NCBI GenBank assembly: GCA_007122335.1 | Contig: SKTZ01000071.1 | Location: 2,524 to 66,523, forward strand | Length of the DNA: 64,000 nucleotides | Reading direction: 5' to 3' | Source of the DNA: Bacillota bacterium | GTDB taxonomy: Bacteria; Bacillota; Halanaerobiia; B1SED10-174 | Shown: positions 38,457-46,909 of the stretch, piece after piece | Layout of the letters: every line of letters begins with the position of its first letter | How positions within the stretch are numbered: position 1 is the first letter of the stretch | Notes under the pieces: model-generated | The model's database searches: none | What the model saw: the letters and a program-made list of their open reading frames with translations, nothing else | Told to the model about the DNA's origin: nothing | Made by a program: the position numbers and the translations under genes

Positions 38457-38745
38457 ACTTGATTCCCCTTTCCTTTGTTTTATTCATCTTCAGTTTCCAT
38501 ACTCTATTAATTAGCAATAAGGTTATTAAATCCTTCTTATATTAAAAATTTCACCCCCACGAAAAATACTTGAATAACATGTTTTTAAGATAACCTTATC
38601 CACTTGTTCTCTTCAAGAAAAGCAGATGATCCTGAACCCAGTTCAAAATTCAAGTGAAATTGCATTCTCAATAAAAAACCCCCCTGTTAAACTCAGCGGA
38701 GGGTTTTACCCTCAAAAGTGAGGGATATAAAAATAAAGGAACCTT

Positions 38746-39156
38746 CTAGTGCCGACTTAACTGCACTGGTTTATTGCCTCCTATTCCCAACAGGTCTTTC
38801 CCGCCAAGACCAAACATTTTTTCTCCTACTTCAATTAACCCCGCATGGAGTAAAAGGTGTTTGACAGGGGGAACCTGTTCTTCTTTCAAATCTGTCCAGA
38901 AAAAGGACCCACCTTCTTTTAAAACCCGCAACCCCTCCTCGAAAAGGGTAGTCCGCAGGGGAAATTTTTGTTTAAAAATCACCGTGTCAAAATAGTTGGA
39001 ATCAAAAGGAAGCCTTCGGAGATTGCTTTTTTCTTCCAGGGGATCCACTTCCAGAATTAAATTACTTTTATTTCGCCTTCCGGCAGGCTCAATCCATATC
39101 CTGTAGCGGGAAGCTTCACAAACAATGGTTAAGTCTGCGACAACTCCATTCATCAA
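38746..39156 (-). CDS. hypothetical protein, degenerate class-I methyltransferase-like C-terminal fragment
   Basis: 136 aa. Post-I/II motifs (LEVDPLE...FDSNYFDTVIF...LFEEGLRVLKEGGSFFW) but no GxGxG SAM-binding motif. Confidence 0.35.
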   Translation of the reverse strand: MMNGVVADLTIVCEASRYRIWIEPAGRRNKSNLILEVDPLEEKSNLRRLPFDSNYFDTVIFKQKFPLRTTLFEEGLRVLKEGGSFFWTDLKEEQVPPVKHLLLHAGLIEVGEKMFGLGGKDLLGIGGNKPVQLSRH

Positions 39157-39230
39157 AATACTCCTCTCTAAAGAGTTCTCCTTTAAAATATTCTCTCTTT
39201 AATTCGTTTTTCCTTTATTGTATTACTATA

Positions 39231-39830
39231 TCATAGAACCCCATTTTTTTCAAGTTCCTTTTTAAGACCCTTTATCCTCAGATAGCGATGGGTCAAAAAA
39301 CCAATCTTTTCAGCAGCATCAACATTTTCCCGGCGGTCATCAATAAAAAAAGATTCTTCAGCTTTCAGGGAAAAGGTTTCCATTAATTTAAGGTAAATCT
39401 CCTCTTCCGGTTTTAAAAAGCCTTCCTCCGCCGATATTACTCCCCCCTGAAAATAAGAAAAGAAATCGAATTTTTCTCGAACAATTTCCCAGGCCCTGCT
39501 ATGAAAATTTGATAGATAAAATAGGAGAAACCCCTTTTGTTTTATTGGTTTAATTAAATCAGAGGCGGGAAGGGGTTTTAAAATTTTCGGCCAGTCTTTA
39601 AGCACCTCTTCGATTTCCTGGTTGTACTGGGGAAAATATTTCTTCAATTGATTTTTTGCCTCTTCACTTGTAATTATACCTCGGTCAAGTTGTTCCCAAA
39701 ATTTTCCCTGAAAAATAATAACTTCCAACCTATCCGCTTTTTTCCCCGGTCCGTATTTTTCCTGTAAATAATCCCGGGGTTTAAAACTGAGCAGAACTTC
39801 ACCGATATCAAAAATTATATTTCTTATCAC
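39231..39830 (-). CDS. HAD-superfamily hydrolase
   Basis: Motif I FDIGEVL (DxG/D) and motif IV FIDDRRENVDAA. Confidence 0.7.
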   Translation of the reverse strand: MIRNIIFDIGEVLLSFKPRDYLQEKYGPGKKADRLEVIIFQGKFWEQLDRGIITSEEAKNQLKKYFPQYNQEIEEVLKDWPKILKPLPASDLIKPIKQKGFLLFYLSNFHSRAWEIVREKFDFFSYFQGGVISAEEGFLKPEEEIYLKLMETFSLKAEESFFIDDRRENVDAAEKIGFLTHRYLRIKGLKKELEKNGVL

Positions 39831-39981
39831 CTGACCACTCCTGTTTCCCGGATTATTACTTTCCCCCTTTACTTAATTACCACTGATGTATCATAACATA
39901 TAATACCTTTGCATAACAAGGTTAAATTGAAAAAATATAAGATAGGAACTAAATTATTAAAAATCCTTTTTTGCAAAAGCA

Positions 39982-40009
39982 CAAAAAAAGAAGCCGCGTA
40001 AAGCGGCTC
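39982..40009 (-). terminator. intrinsic terminator downstream of the macro-domain gene
   Basis: AGCCGC-GTAAA-GCGGCT hairpin followed by a U-run on the minus strand. Confidence 0.7.
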
Positions 40010-40010
40010 C

Positions 40011-40541
40011 CTAAATTAACCTTAGTTCATTTTTATGGATCTCAAAACCCTTTTCCCCGAAAAGGACAAAGCGGGCTTTTATTACTACGGGATTTTTGGT
40101 TAATTCCTCCAGAACCGTTTTAACAGCTATTTTAGCCGCATCTTTGGTTGGATAACCAAAAGCCCCTGTTGAAATGGCGGGGAAAGCAATTGATTTGATT
40201 TTATTTTCCTGAGCAAGCCTGATTGCGTTTCGATAACACCGCGCTAAAAGTTCATCTTCCGGGTGATCCTGCCCATAGACCGGTCCCAAACAGTGGATAA
40301 TATAAGGATTGGGAAGGTTATAACCCCGGGTCAGAACAGCTTCTCCGGGGTCTATTGGAGCCAGGGGCCTGCATTCTTCAACAAGTTCTGGGCCCGCGGC
40401 CCTGTGGATCGCCCCCGCAACACCTCCTCCGGGCAACAGCTCAGCATTAGCAGCATTTACCACAGCTTCAATATCCTCCTGCCAGGTAATATCTCCCTGA
40501 ACTAATTCCAACCGGCCCCCATTTACCTTCCGTTCAATCAT
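40011..40541 (-). CDS. macro-domain protein (O-acetyl-ADP-ribose deacetylase, YmdB-like)
   Basis: VNAANAELLPGGGVAGAIHRAAG and AFPAISTGAFGYP macro motifs. Start moved to MIERKVNGG. Confidence 0.75.
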   Translation of the reverse strand: MIERKVNGGRLELVQGDITWQEDIEAVVNAANAELLPGGGVAGAIHRAAGPELVEECRPLAPIDPGEAVLTRGYNLPNPYIIHCLGPVYGQDHPEDELLARCYRNAIRLAQENKIKSIAFPAISTGAFGYPTKDAAKIAVKTVLEELTKNPVVIKARFVLFGEKGFEIHKNELRLI

Positions 40542-40551
40542 TCTGCCCCTC

Positions 40552-41082
40552 CTATCCTTCAAATACTTCCCCGTGAACTCTCTCTTCACGGTAATGGGTA
40601 TTCGGTTTTTTTTCTTTTTCGGGATAACCTATCGCAGCCAGACCAAGGGGCCTTATTTTTTCCGGGATTTTGAGCAAATCTTTAATCACTTTTTCTCTTT
40701 CCTCATTGGGGTGGACTCCAAGCCAGACTCCACCTAAATCAAGGCTGGAAGCTGCAAGTAGAAGGTTTTGCATGGCTGCCGAGCAATCCTGAACCCAGTA
40801 GGAAAGGCCTGAGTTCTTACTTGTGGCCTCTTCGGGATCTCCACAAACCACAACACAAAGAGGTGCCTCCTTCAGCATTTTTGCATAAGGATGAACTTCA
40901 GCAAGCTGGTCAAGTATTTCCCTCTGGGTTACGACAATAAAATGCCAGGGTTGGCGATTCGCCGCAGAAGGAGCAGCCATTGCGGCTTTCATCAAAAGAT
41001 TAATTTTCTCCTCCTCGACTGGCTTGGCCTTGTACCTCCTGATGCTTCTTCTTTTTAAAATCCAACTGACACGTTCCTCCAT
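40552..41082 (-). CDS. nitroreductase-family protein
   Basis: RRSIRRY...P.....PSAANRQPW signature. Confidence 0.75.
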   Translation of the reverse strand: MEERVSWILKRRSIRRYKAKPVEEEKINLLMKAAMAAPSAANRQPWHFIVVTQREILDQLAEVHPYAKMLKEAPLCVVVCGDPEEATSKNSGLSYWVQDCSAAMQNLLLAASSLDLGGVWLGVHPNEEREKVIKDLLKIPEKIRPLGLAAIGYPEKEKKPNTHYREERVHGEVFEG

Positions 41083-41864
41083 TAGAATTCCTCCTCTGGA
41101 TTAATTAGCTTGCAGGCAAAAACAAGATAGCCTGTATGACCTGTCATCACATCTTCCGGTCTAAACCGTTCTGCATTAAGCTTATAACCTCTGCGGAAAA
41201 TTTCAGAAATTTCGTTAATAAAATAACCAGAAGCCTGGAGAGTGGAGATAATCCTGGTAACCTGATTGGTAGTGGGCAGCAAAAACCCCAGACGCCCCCC
41301 TGGTTTTAGAGCATTATCGACTACTGATAGAACCTCCCAGGGGTATTTCATATCGAGAAAAAAAGCATCAAATTCAGGCGTTAATTCAACTTCCTGCAAA
41401 GGTTTATTATGAAAGACCGTATTATCAAATTCCCGGCAGGATTCAAGATTCTGCTGAATAATTTCCGCAAAATCTGACCTTCTTTCAAATGTATGCACTT
41501 CTCCTTTTTCTCCCACAGCCCGGGAAAGAATTGCTGTCAAAGCACCAGATCCTGTCCCCGCCTCACCAACTTTTTTCCCGGGAAAAATATCCAGATTGAG
41601 GATAATATATCCTGCTTCTTTTGGGTAGATTATCTGAGTCTTTCGATGCATATATTCCATTATGTATTCCTGTAAGGAGCAGGACAGGACAAAAAACCTC
41701 TTTCCACCCAGGGTGAAAGAATTCCCTACCTCAATTTGCTCCAGTTCCTCATTTTTTATCATCCCATTGGGCAATCCTTTGGGTTTGGGATCATCCAGGT
41801 CGAAAACCTTTTTAAATTTCTTTCCGTCAGCGATTATTCGAAACCTATTTAATCTTTTTTCCAT
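41082..41864 (-). CDS. trmI: tRNA (adenine-N1)-methyltransferase TrmI/Gcd14-like
   Basis: Class-I MTase motif EAGTGSGALT and the TrmI C-terminal region. Confidence 0.7.
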   Translation of the reverse strand: MEKRLNRFRIIADGKKFKKVFDLDDPKPKGLPNGMIKNEELEQIEVGNSFTLGGKRFFVLSCSLQEYIMEYMHRKTQIIYPKEAGYIILNLDIFPGKKVGEAGTGSGALTAILSRAVGEKGEVHTFERRSDFAEIIQQNLESCREFDNTVFHNKPLQEVELTPEFDAFFLDMKYPWEVLSVVDNALKPGGRLGFLLPTTNQVTRIISTLQASGYFINEISEIFRRGYKLNAERFRPEDVMTGHTGYLVFACKLINPEEEF

Positions 41865-42015
41865 TATTTCAACTCCTATCTACGGCTTAGCTGCAAAGTC
41901 CTCTCCTCATTAAGTAATTTCTCCAGTTTTTCTTTCTATCCTCCCTCTTTAAAGGCAGGAAATGGTTTTTTTTGAACGAAATAGACATTGATTACAAAAG
42001 AAAGGAGATCAAAAC

Positions 42016-42375
42016 TTGAAAAGACTATATCGATCAAAAGAAAACCGGATGATCGCTGGTATTGCAGGAGGGTTGGCAGAATATTTTGGGGTGGACCCGG
42101 TCCTGATTCGTTTAATCTGGATCATATCCATTTTATTCGGGGGAGCAGGAATTTTTGCCTATCTTATTGGCTGGTTGATTATTCCCGAAGGAGATAGAGA
42201 ACCAGGACAGCAACAAAACGAGCCCGGGATGCAGGGGCTTGGATTAATCCTTATTATCGTCGGTATTGCACTTTTCCTTCGCTATTTAATTCCCATTCCT
42301 TTCGCCAGGTTTTTCTGGCCCCTGGCCCTGGTGGCTCTTGGGGTTTTCCTTCTCTGGCGAGCAAACCAGGACTGA
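42016..42375 (+). CDS. PspC-domain membrane protein
   Basis: LYRSKENRMIAGIAGGLAEYFGVDPVLIRLIWI is the PspC signature. TTG start with an AAGGAG RBS 8 nt upstream. Confidence 0.65.
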   Translation: MKRLYRSKENRMIAGIAGGLAEYFGVDPVLIRLIWIISILFGGAGIFAYLIGWLIIPEGDREPGQQQNEPGMQGLGLILIIVGIALFLRYLIPIPFARFFWPLALVALGVFLLWRANQD

Positions 42376-42376
42376 C

Positions 42377-43243
42377 TTAGTTCCTCTCAATTGGGAAGGA
42401 CATGCAGCGGGGTCCACCCCCGCTTTTCCGAACTTCATGCAGGGGAAGGACAAATAACTCCATTCCCAGGCTTTTTAATAGCTCATTAACTCTTTCTGCT
42501 CCAGGGTGGCTGATAATTTTTTCTTCACCAATATTCAGCAAATTGCAGGCGTGCTGAAACACCTCTTCCCTTTCAACTTCGATGAATGCAAATTTTTTTT
42601 GCCTGAGCAATTGAAACAAGGACACCGGCAATGCCTCGGGGCAGACCAAAACAACTTTTTCTGCGATTACATTACAGATCATATCCAGGTGCAGATATTC
42701 TGCGGGAAAATCAACTGGAACAAGGTCAATTCCGGCATCGTAAAGTAGTGTTTCTAAAACCTTGAAACCCAGCCAATCGGTCCTTGCACCAATTCCAACC
42801 AGGGCTGTATTTTCGTCCAAAAACATGAAGTCTCCGCCTTCGAAGATCCCCCGGTCCATTTTATGGAAAACCGGAACTTTTTTCTCCAGAAAAATTTCCT
42901 CTACCGGCCTGTGTTCACCCCATCTTTCTGGTTTTAATAACCGGCCCAGAATTATTCCCTTGGCTGTTGTCACACCAAGGTCCCTTACATTTATCTGGTA
43001 GGAAAACCTTTTATAGGTCTTTGGTTTTATCACCTGGATCCCGTTTTCCCTGAGACAGAAGGAAAATTCCTCGTGTTCTTCTTTGGCCCTCTCGATATTA
43101 ACCTCGCCACTCTGGTTATGCCTGGCGGCGATAACATTTATCGGCTCATCAATACAAAGGTTTTCAGGTGGACATATCAGCATTTTCTTTATTTTCCCGT
43201 ATTCGTTTTTGACCATTTTATCGCCTCTCTTTTTTAATCCCAA
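42377..43243 (-). CDS. amidinotransferase-superfamily hydrolase (DDAH/CtlX/arginine-deiminase-like)
   Basis: 288 aa ending in GGGPRCMSFPI, the catalytic-Cys motif of the ADI/DDAH superfamily. Confidence 0.6.
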   Translation of the reverse strand: MGLKKRGDKMVKNEYGKIKKMLICPPENLCIDEPINVIAARHNQSGEVNIERAKEEHEEFSFCLRENGIQVIKPKTYKRFSYQINVRDLGVTTAKGIILGRLLKPERWGEHRPVEEIFLEKKVPVFHKMDRGIFEGGDFMFLDENTALVGIGARTDWLGFKVLETLLYDAGIDLVPVDFPAEYLHLDMICNVIAEKVVLVCPEALPVSLFQLLRQKKFAFIEVEREEVFQHACNLLNIGEEKIISHPGAERVNELLKSLGMELFVLPLHEVRKSGGGPRCMSFPIERN

Positions 43244-43318
43244 AGGAAATTGTATTCTCTTTTAATTATTTCTTCTAAAAACTGAAGGCTCTTTCCTTTT
43301 CTCCAAGGAGGTTTTTTA

Positions 43319-44626
43319 ATGTACCATAAAATCGGCCTGCCCGGAGCAGTAATTATGACGGTGGGAACGGTTATCGGGGCCGGAATTTTTATCCTGATTG
43401 GCCCGCTGGGAGTAACAACAGGGCCCGGTCTTTTTTTCTGTTATTTAGCAGCTCTGATTGTTGCCGCAGGATCTGCCGTTTGCTATGCCCAGGTTGCAGC
43501 AGTTTTCCCAACTACAGCAGCGACCTATCGGTATGCCAGGATGTTTTACTCCGATTACATAGGTTTCATTGTGGGGTGGCTGAGGTGGATAACAGCTTGT
43601 TATGCACTAGCTTTAATGGGAATGGGTTTCGCAGATTACCTGGGTCCCCTTTTGCACCTGGACAAAAAATTTCTGGCCCTAGGCATCATGCTTTTGTTCT
43701 ACATAGTAAATGTCCTGGGACTAAAAACAACCCAGCTTGTGCAGGGTATGCTTGTTATTATTGTGGTAAGCGGATTGCTTGCATTCACGGGATGGGGGCT
43801 TCCCTCCACGGACCTTTCCCGCCTTGGGGGTTGGACTGAAGTTGGTTGGGGTCCGCTTCTCCAGGGAACCGCTGCAGCTTTTTTTGCTTACACAGGGCTT
43901 TATTTTATTGCGGAAATCGGGGATGAGGTAAAAAATGCCCAGCGAAATATTCCCCTGGCCATTTTCCTGTCCTCCATAATCCTGGGAGCAATTTATCTCT
44001 CCGTAGCAATCGTTTTTTCCGGAGGACTGGGCTGGGAAAAGATAAAAGAAATCCAGCCTAACCTTGCCCAGGCCGCAGGAGTTCTGCTCCCCCCACAACT
44101 TGCAAGCCTGGTTCGTTTGAGTGCTGTTGTGGCCATTTTTACTCCGATCAATGCCATTTATACTGCCAGCAGCCGGCTTCTTTTCAGTCTTGCAAAGGAC
44201 GGCTTTTTACCTAAATTCCTGACCCGGACCAATTATTTTGGCGCCCCGGGCCTTGCGCTGACCATTAACTTAATTTTGGGGATAATTGTCGTTCTCTTTG
44301 ATCTTTCTATTATTTTTTTAGGAGCCTTAAACTCCCTGGTAGCCCTTGTTGGCATGGCCTTAACAGCCGGAGCTTCTCTCCAGCTTTCCCGGCGTTTTCC
44401 CCGGGAGGTAGCCCGGGCCCCAATGATTTTAAAAAAAGGAACTCTGCGCTTTTGGGCCCTTTTTACCATAATTTCCACAATTCTCTTAACTATTTCTTCT
44501 TTCTGGGAAGATCCTAAAATTTTCCTTTCCCTTGCTCTTTGGCTTGGAGCGGGCAGCTTTTATTTTCACCTTCATAAAAAATATTTCCAGCAGAAAATTC
44601 TGGAAAGAAAAAATAACGAGGCGTGA
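43319..44626 (+). CDS. APC-family amino-acid permease (12 TM)
   Basis: 435 aa. N-terminal GTVIGAGIF amino-acid permease signature. Confidence 0.8.
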   Translation: MYHKIGLPGAVIMTVGTVIGAGIFILIGPLGVTTGPGLFFCYLAALIVAAGSAVCYAQVAAVFPTTAATYRYARMFYSDYIGFIVGWLRWITACYALALMGMGFADYLGPLLHLDKKFLALGIMLLFYIVNVLGLKTTQLVQGMLVIIVVSGLLAFTGWGLPSTDLSRLGGWTEVGWGPLLQGTAAAFFAYTGLYFIAEIGDEVKNAQRNIPLAIFLSSIILGAIYLSVAIVFSGGLGWEKIKEIQPNLAQAAGVLLPPQLASLVRLSAVVAIFTPINAIYTASSRLLFSLAKDGFLPKFLTRTNYFGAPGLALTINLILGIIVVLFDLSIIFLGALNSLVALVGMALTAGASLQLSRRFPREVARAPMILKKGTLRFWALFTIISTILLTISSFWEDPKIFLSLALWLGAGSFYFHLHKKYFQQKILERKNNEA

Positions 44627-44763
44627 ATTTCAAAAAATTTATAACTCCGGGTAAGAGATAATATTTCAAACCATGTTTTTATTTACAACCTAAATTTATT
44701 ATGATAGATTAAAAAAACAAAGTCAATATCCACGCTTTTTCTATCTGGAAGGGAGTTTTTTTT

Positions 44764-45702
44764 ATGGAGGAAATTCTGCAGGTTGAAAACCTTTCAAAAA
44801 GTTTCGGGGGAAAAATTGCGGTTGACAATATCAGCTTTTCTGTCCCCAGGGGACAAATTCTCGGGTTTTTGGGGCCCAACGGAGCAGGAAAAACCACTTC
44901 TTTAAGGATTATTATGGGGATATTAAATCCGGATAAAGGGGATATTTTCTTTAACTTTAACGGCAAACCCTCTTCCCTGGACAAAACCAAAGTGGGTTAT
45001 CTCCCCGAAGAGAAAGGTCTTTATGAAGAAGCAAAGGTTCTTCCTAACCTGATTTATATTGGTCAATTGAAAGGGATGAAAAAAAACAGTGCCCGCCAAA
45101 AAGCCCAAAAATGGCTGGAAAGGGTTGGGCTTGAAGAATATGCCAATCAGAAATTCGATAAGCTTTCCCGGGGGATGAAACAGAAAGTCCAATTCATCGC
45201 CTCAGTTCTCCACGATCCCGAGTTTTTAGTCCTGGATGAGCCTTTTGCCGGGCTTGATCCGGTTAACCAAAATTTTTTCATGCAGGTTGTCAGGGAACTC
45301 CAAGAACAGGGCAAAACCATTCTTTTTTCCGCCCATCAAATGAACCTTGTTGAAGAAATCTGCGATTCAATTTTTTTGATTAATAAGGGGAAACAAATAC
45401 TTAGCGGTAACCTCAAGGAAATAAAAGAGAGCTATAAAGAATATAATGTGAACATCTATTTTAATCCAGAGAACGATCCTTCTTTTTTACTCGACAACCC
45501 GGATATTCAGATTAACAAAAAAAATATCGGTTACCTCAATTTTACTTTCCAGGGGGATAACAAAATTAACAAACTAATTGACCAAATCACGGCAAATCTT
45601 GATCTAAAAGAAATTCAGGCTTCACCCCCTCCTCTTCACGATATCTTTATCAACGCCGTCCAGGAAAGGGGTGAAGAAGTCGATGAAAATCAGTTTGCCT
45701 AA
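44764..45702 (+). CDS. ABC transporter ATP-binding protein (ABC-2 type)
   Basis: Walker A GPNGAGKTT, LSRGMKQK signature, Walker B LVLDEP. Confidence 0.85.
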   Translation: MEEILQVENLSKSFGGKIAVDNISFSVPRGQILGFLGPNGAGKTTSLRIIMGILNPDKGDIFFNFNGKPSSLDKTKVGYLPEEKGLYEEAKVLPNLIYIGQLKGMKKNSARQKAQKWLERVGLEEYANQKFDKLSRGMKQKVQFIASVLHDPEFLVLDEPFAGLDPVNQNFFMQVVRELQEQGKTILFSAHQMNLVEEICDSIFLINKGKQILSGNLKEIKESYKEYNVNIYFNPENDPSFLLDNPDIQINKKNIGYLNFTFQGDNKINKLIDQITANLDLKEIQASPPPLHDIFINAVQERGEEVDENQFA

Positions 45703-46891
45703 TGCCAAAAAAGTAGCGAAATGGGAATTCACCAAGGGAATTCGCACTCCCATGTTTTTGGTCCTTACTTTTGTTATTCCCCTGCTCATCCTGGGAATTG
45801 GTAGTTTAGAATTTATTACCCAGGAATTCAGGCAGGCCCAAACAATGGAATTAGCCTTAATTGACAATACTGGAGAAATTGGACCCCGGCTTTTAGAACA
45901 GACAGAGAACACCAATATTCAGTTAGAAATTTTTACGGGGAGCCAGGAGGAATTAAAACAAAAAACCCTCAATGGGGCCTATGACGGGTTTCTCATTATA
46001 ACCCCGGAAAACCTCCGGGAAGGGCATTTTCAGATTTTCTCCGGTGATCCCCGGAATATTGCCCCCGCCCAGATCCGGCCCCACCTGGAAAAAGTAATTA
46101 CCGAATTCCGTCTGGAATCTCTTGGGCTGGTAAAAGAGGAGATCTCCTCTGCCACAAGGCCGGTTTCCCTGGGCGTCCAGGCCCTGGAAGAGGAGGCTCC
46201 CTTTGCTATTGCAAGGTTTTTGGTCCCTATTGCCCTGGGCATGATCCTTCTTTTATCGGTAATTTTTTCCGGGCAGATGTTAATGTATGGGGTAATAAAA
46301 GAAAAAAGAAATCGCGTGGTGGAAATCCTTCTATCCTCTATTTCTTCTTTTGACCTTCTTACCGGGAAAATAATGGGTTATGGGCTGCTCAGTCTTTTAC
46401 AGGTAGGAATATGGACCACAGCGGGGCTCCTTACTGCTTCAAGATTTGTTAACTTCCAGGACCTGGGTTTGTCCCTGGAAATTATCCTGCCTCCCTTTAT
46501 TATTTTCCTGTTAGGATATATAATGCTGGCTTCTTTATTCGCCGCACTTGGGGCAACAATGAAGGAAGCAGAAGAAGGTTCTCAGGCTCAGGGGTTAATA
46601 ATTCTAATCCCCATGATCCCCTTATTTCTCTCAGGTCTTTTAATAACAGCTCCCAATGCCCTCTGGGTAAGGATTTTTACTCACATTCCACCATTTATTC
46701 CTGCTATGGCCCTTTTACGGATGGGAGCAACAACTCTTCCCTGGTGGGAAATGGGGACCATCGTCCTGGCCCTGTTACTTTCAATTGTCCTCTTTATTTA
46801 CATCGGGAGCAGAATTTTTTCCCGTGGTATTCTTCAGTATGAAGCAATTGGTTTTAAAGATTTATCCAAGATTCTTCGGAAAAAATATTAA
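45671..46891 (+). CDS. ABC-2 family transporter permease
   Basis: 406 aa. One N-terminal TM, a large extracytoplasmic loop, and 5 C-terminal TM helices. Translationally coupled to the ATPase by a 32-nt overlap. Confidence 0.75.
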   Translation: MKKSMKISLPNAKKVAKWEFTKGIRTPMFLVLTFVIPLLILGIGSLEFITQEFRQAQTMELALIDNTGEIGPRLLEQTENTNIQLEIFTGSQEELKQKTLNGAYDGFLIITPENLREGHFQIFSGDPRNIAPAQIRPHLEKVITEFRLESLGLVKEEISSATRPVSLGVQALEEEAPFAIARFLVPIALGMILLLSVIFSGQMLMYGVIKEKRNRVVEILLSSISSFDLLTGKIMGYGLLSLLQVGIWTTAGLLTASRFVNFQDLGLSLEIILPPFIIFLLGYIMLASLFAALGATMKEAEEGSQAQGLIILIPMIPLFLSGLLITAPNALWVRIFTHIPPFIPAMALLRMGATTLPWWEMGTIVLALLLSIVLFIYIGSRIFSRGILQYEAIGFKDLSKILRKKY

Positions 46892-46909
46892 AATTAATGG
46901 AGGGATTCG

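Noticed and set aside
34579-38745. Search for selC (tRNA-Sec) or selB near selA/selD
   Set aside because: The intergenic regions flanking the sel genes contain no cloverleaf-like ~95-nt candidate. Neighbouring ORFs are CheW, YjbQ and DegV, not an EF-Tu-like SelB. These genes must lie outside the window.
38457-38745. 289-bp gap after degV with alternative GAGGG/CCCTC hairpins
   Set aside because: The hairpins are short (5 bp), lack a following U-run on either strand, and the region is AT-rich promoter-like sequence for the downstream gene. Insufficient evidence for a discrete element.
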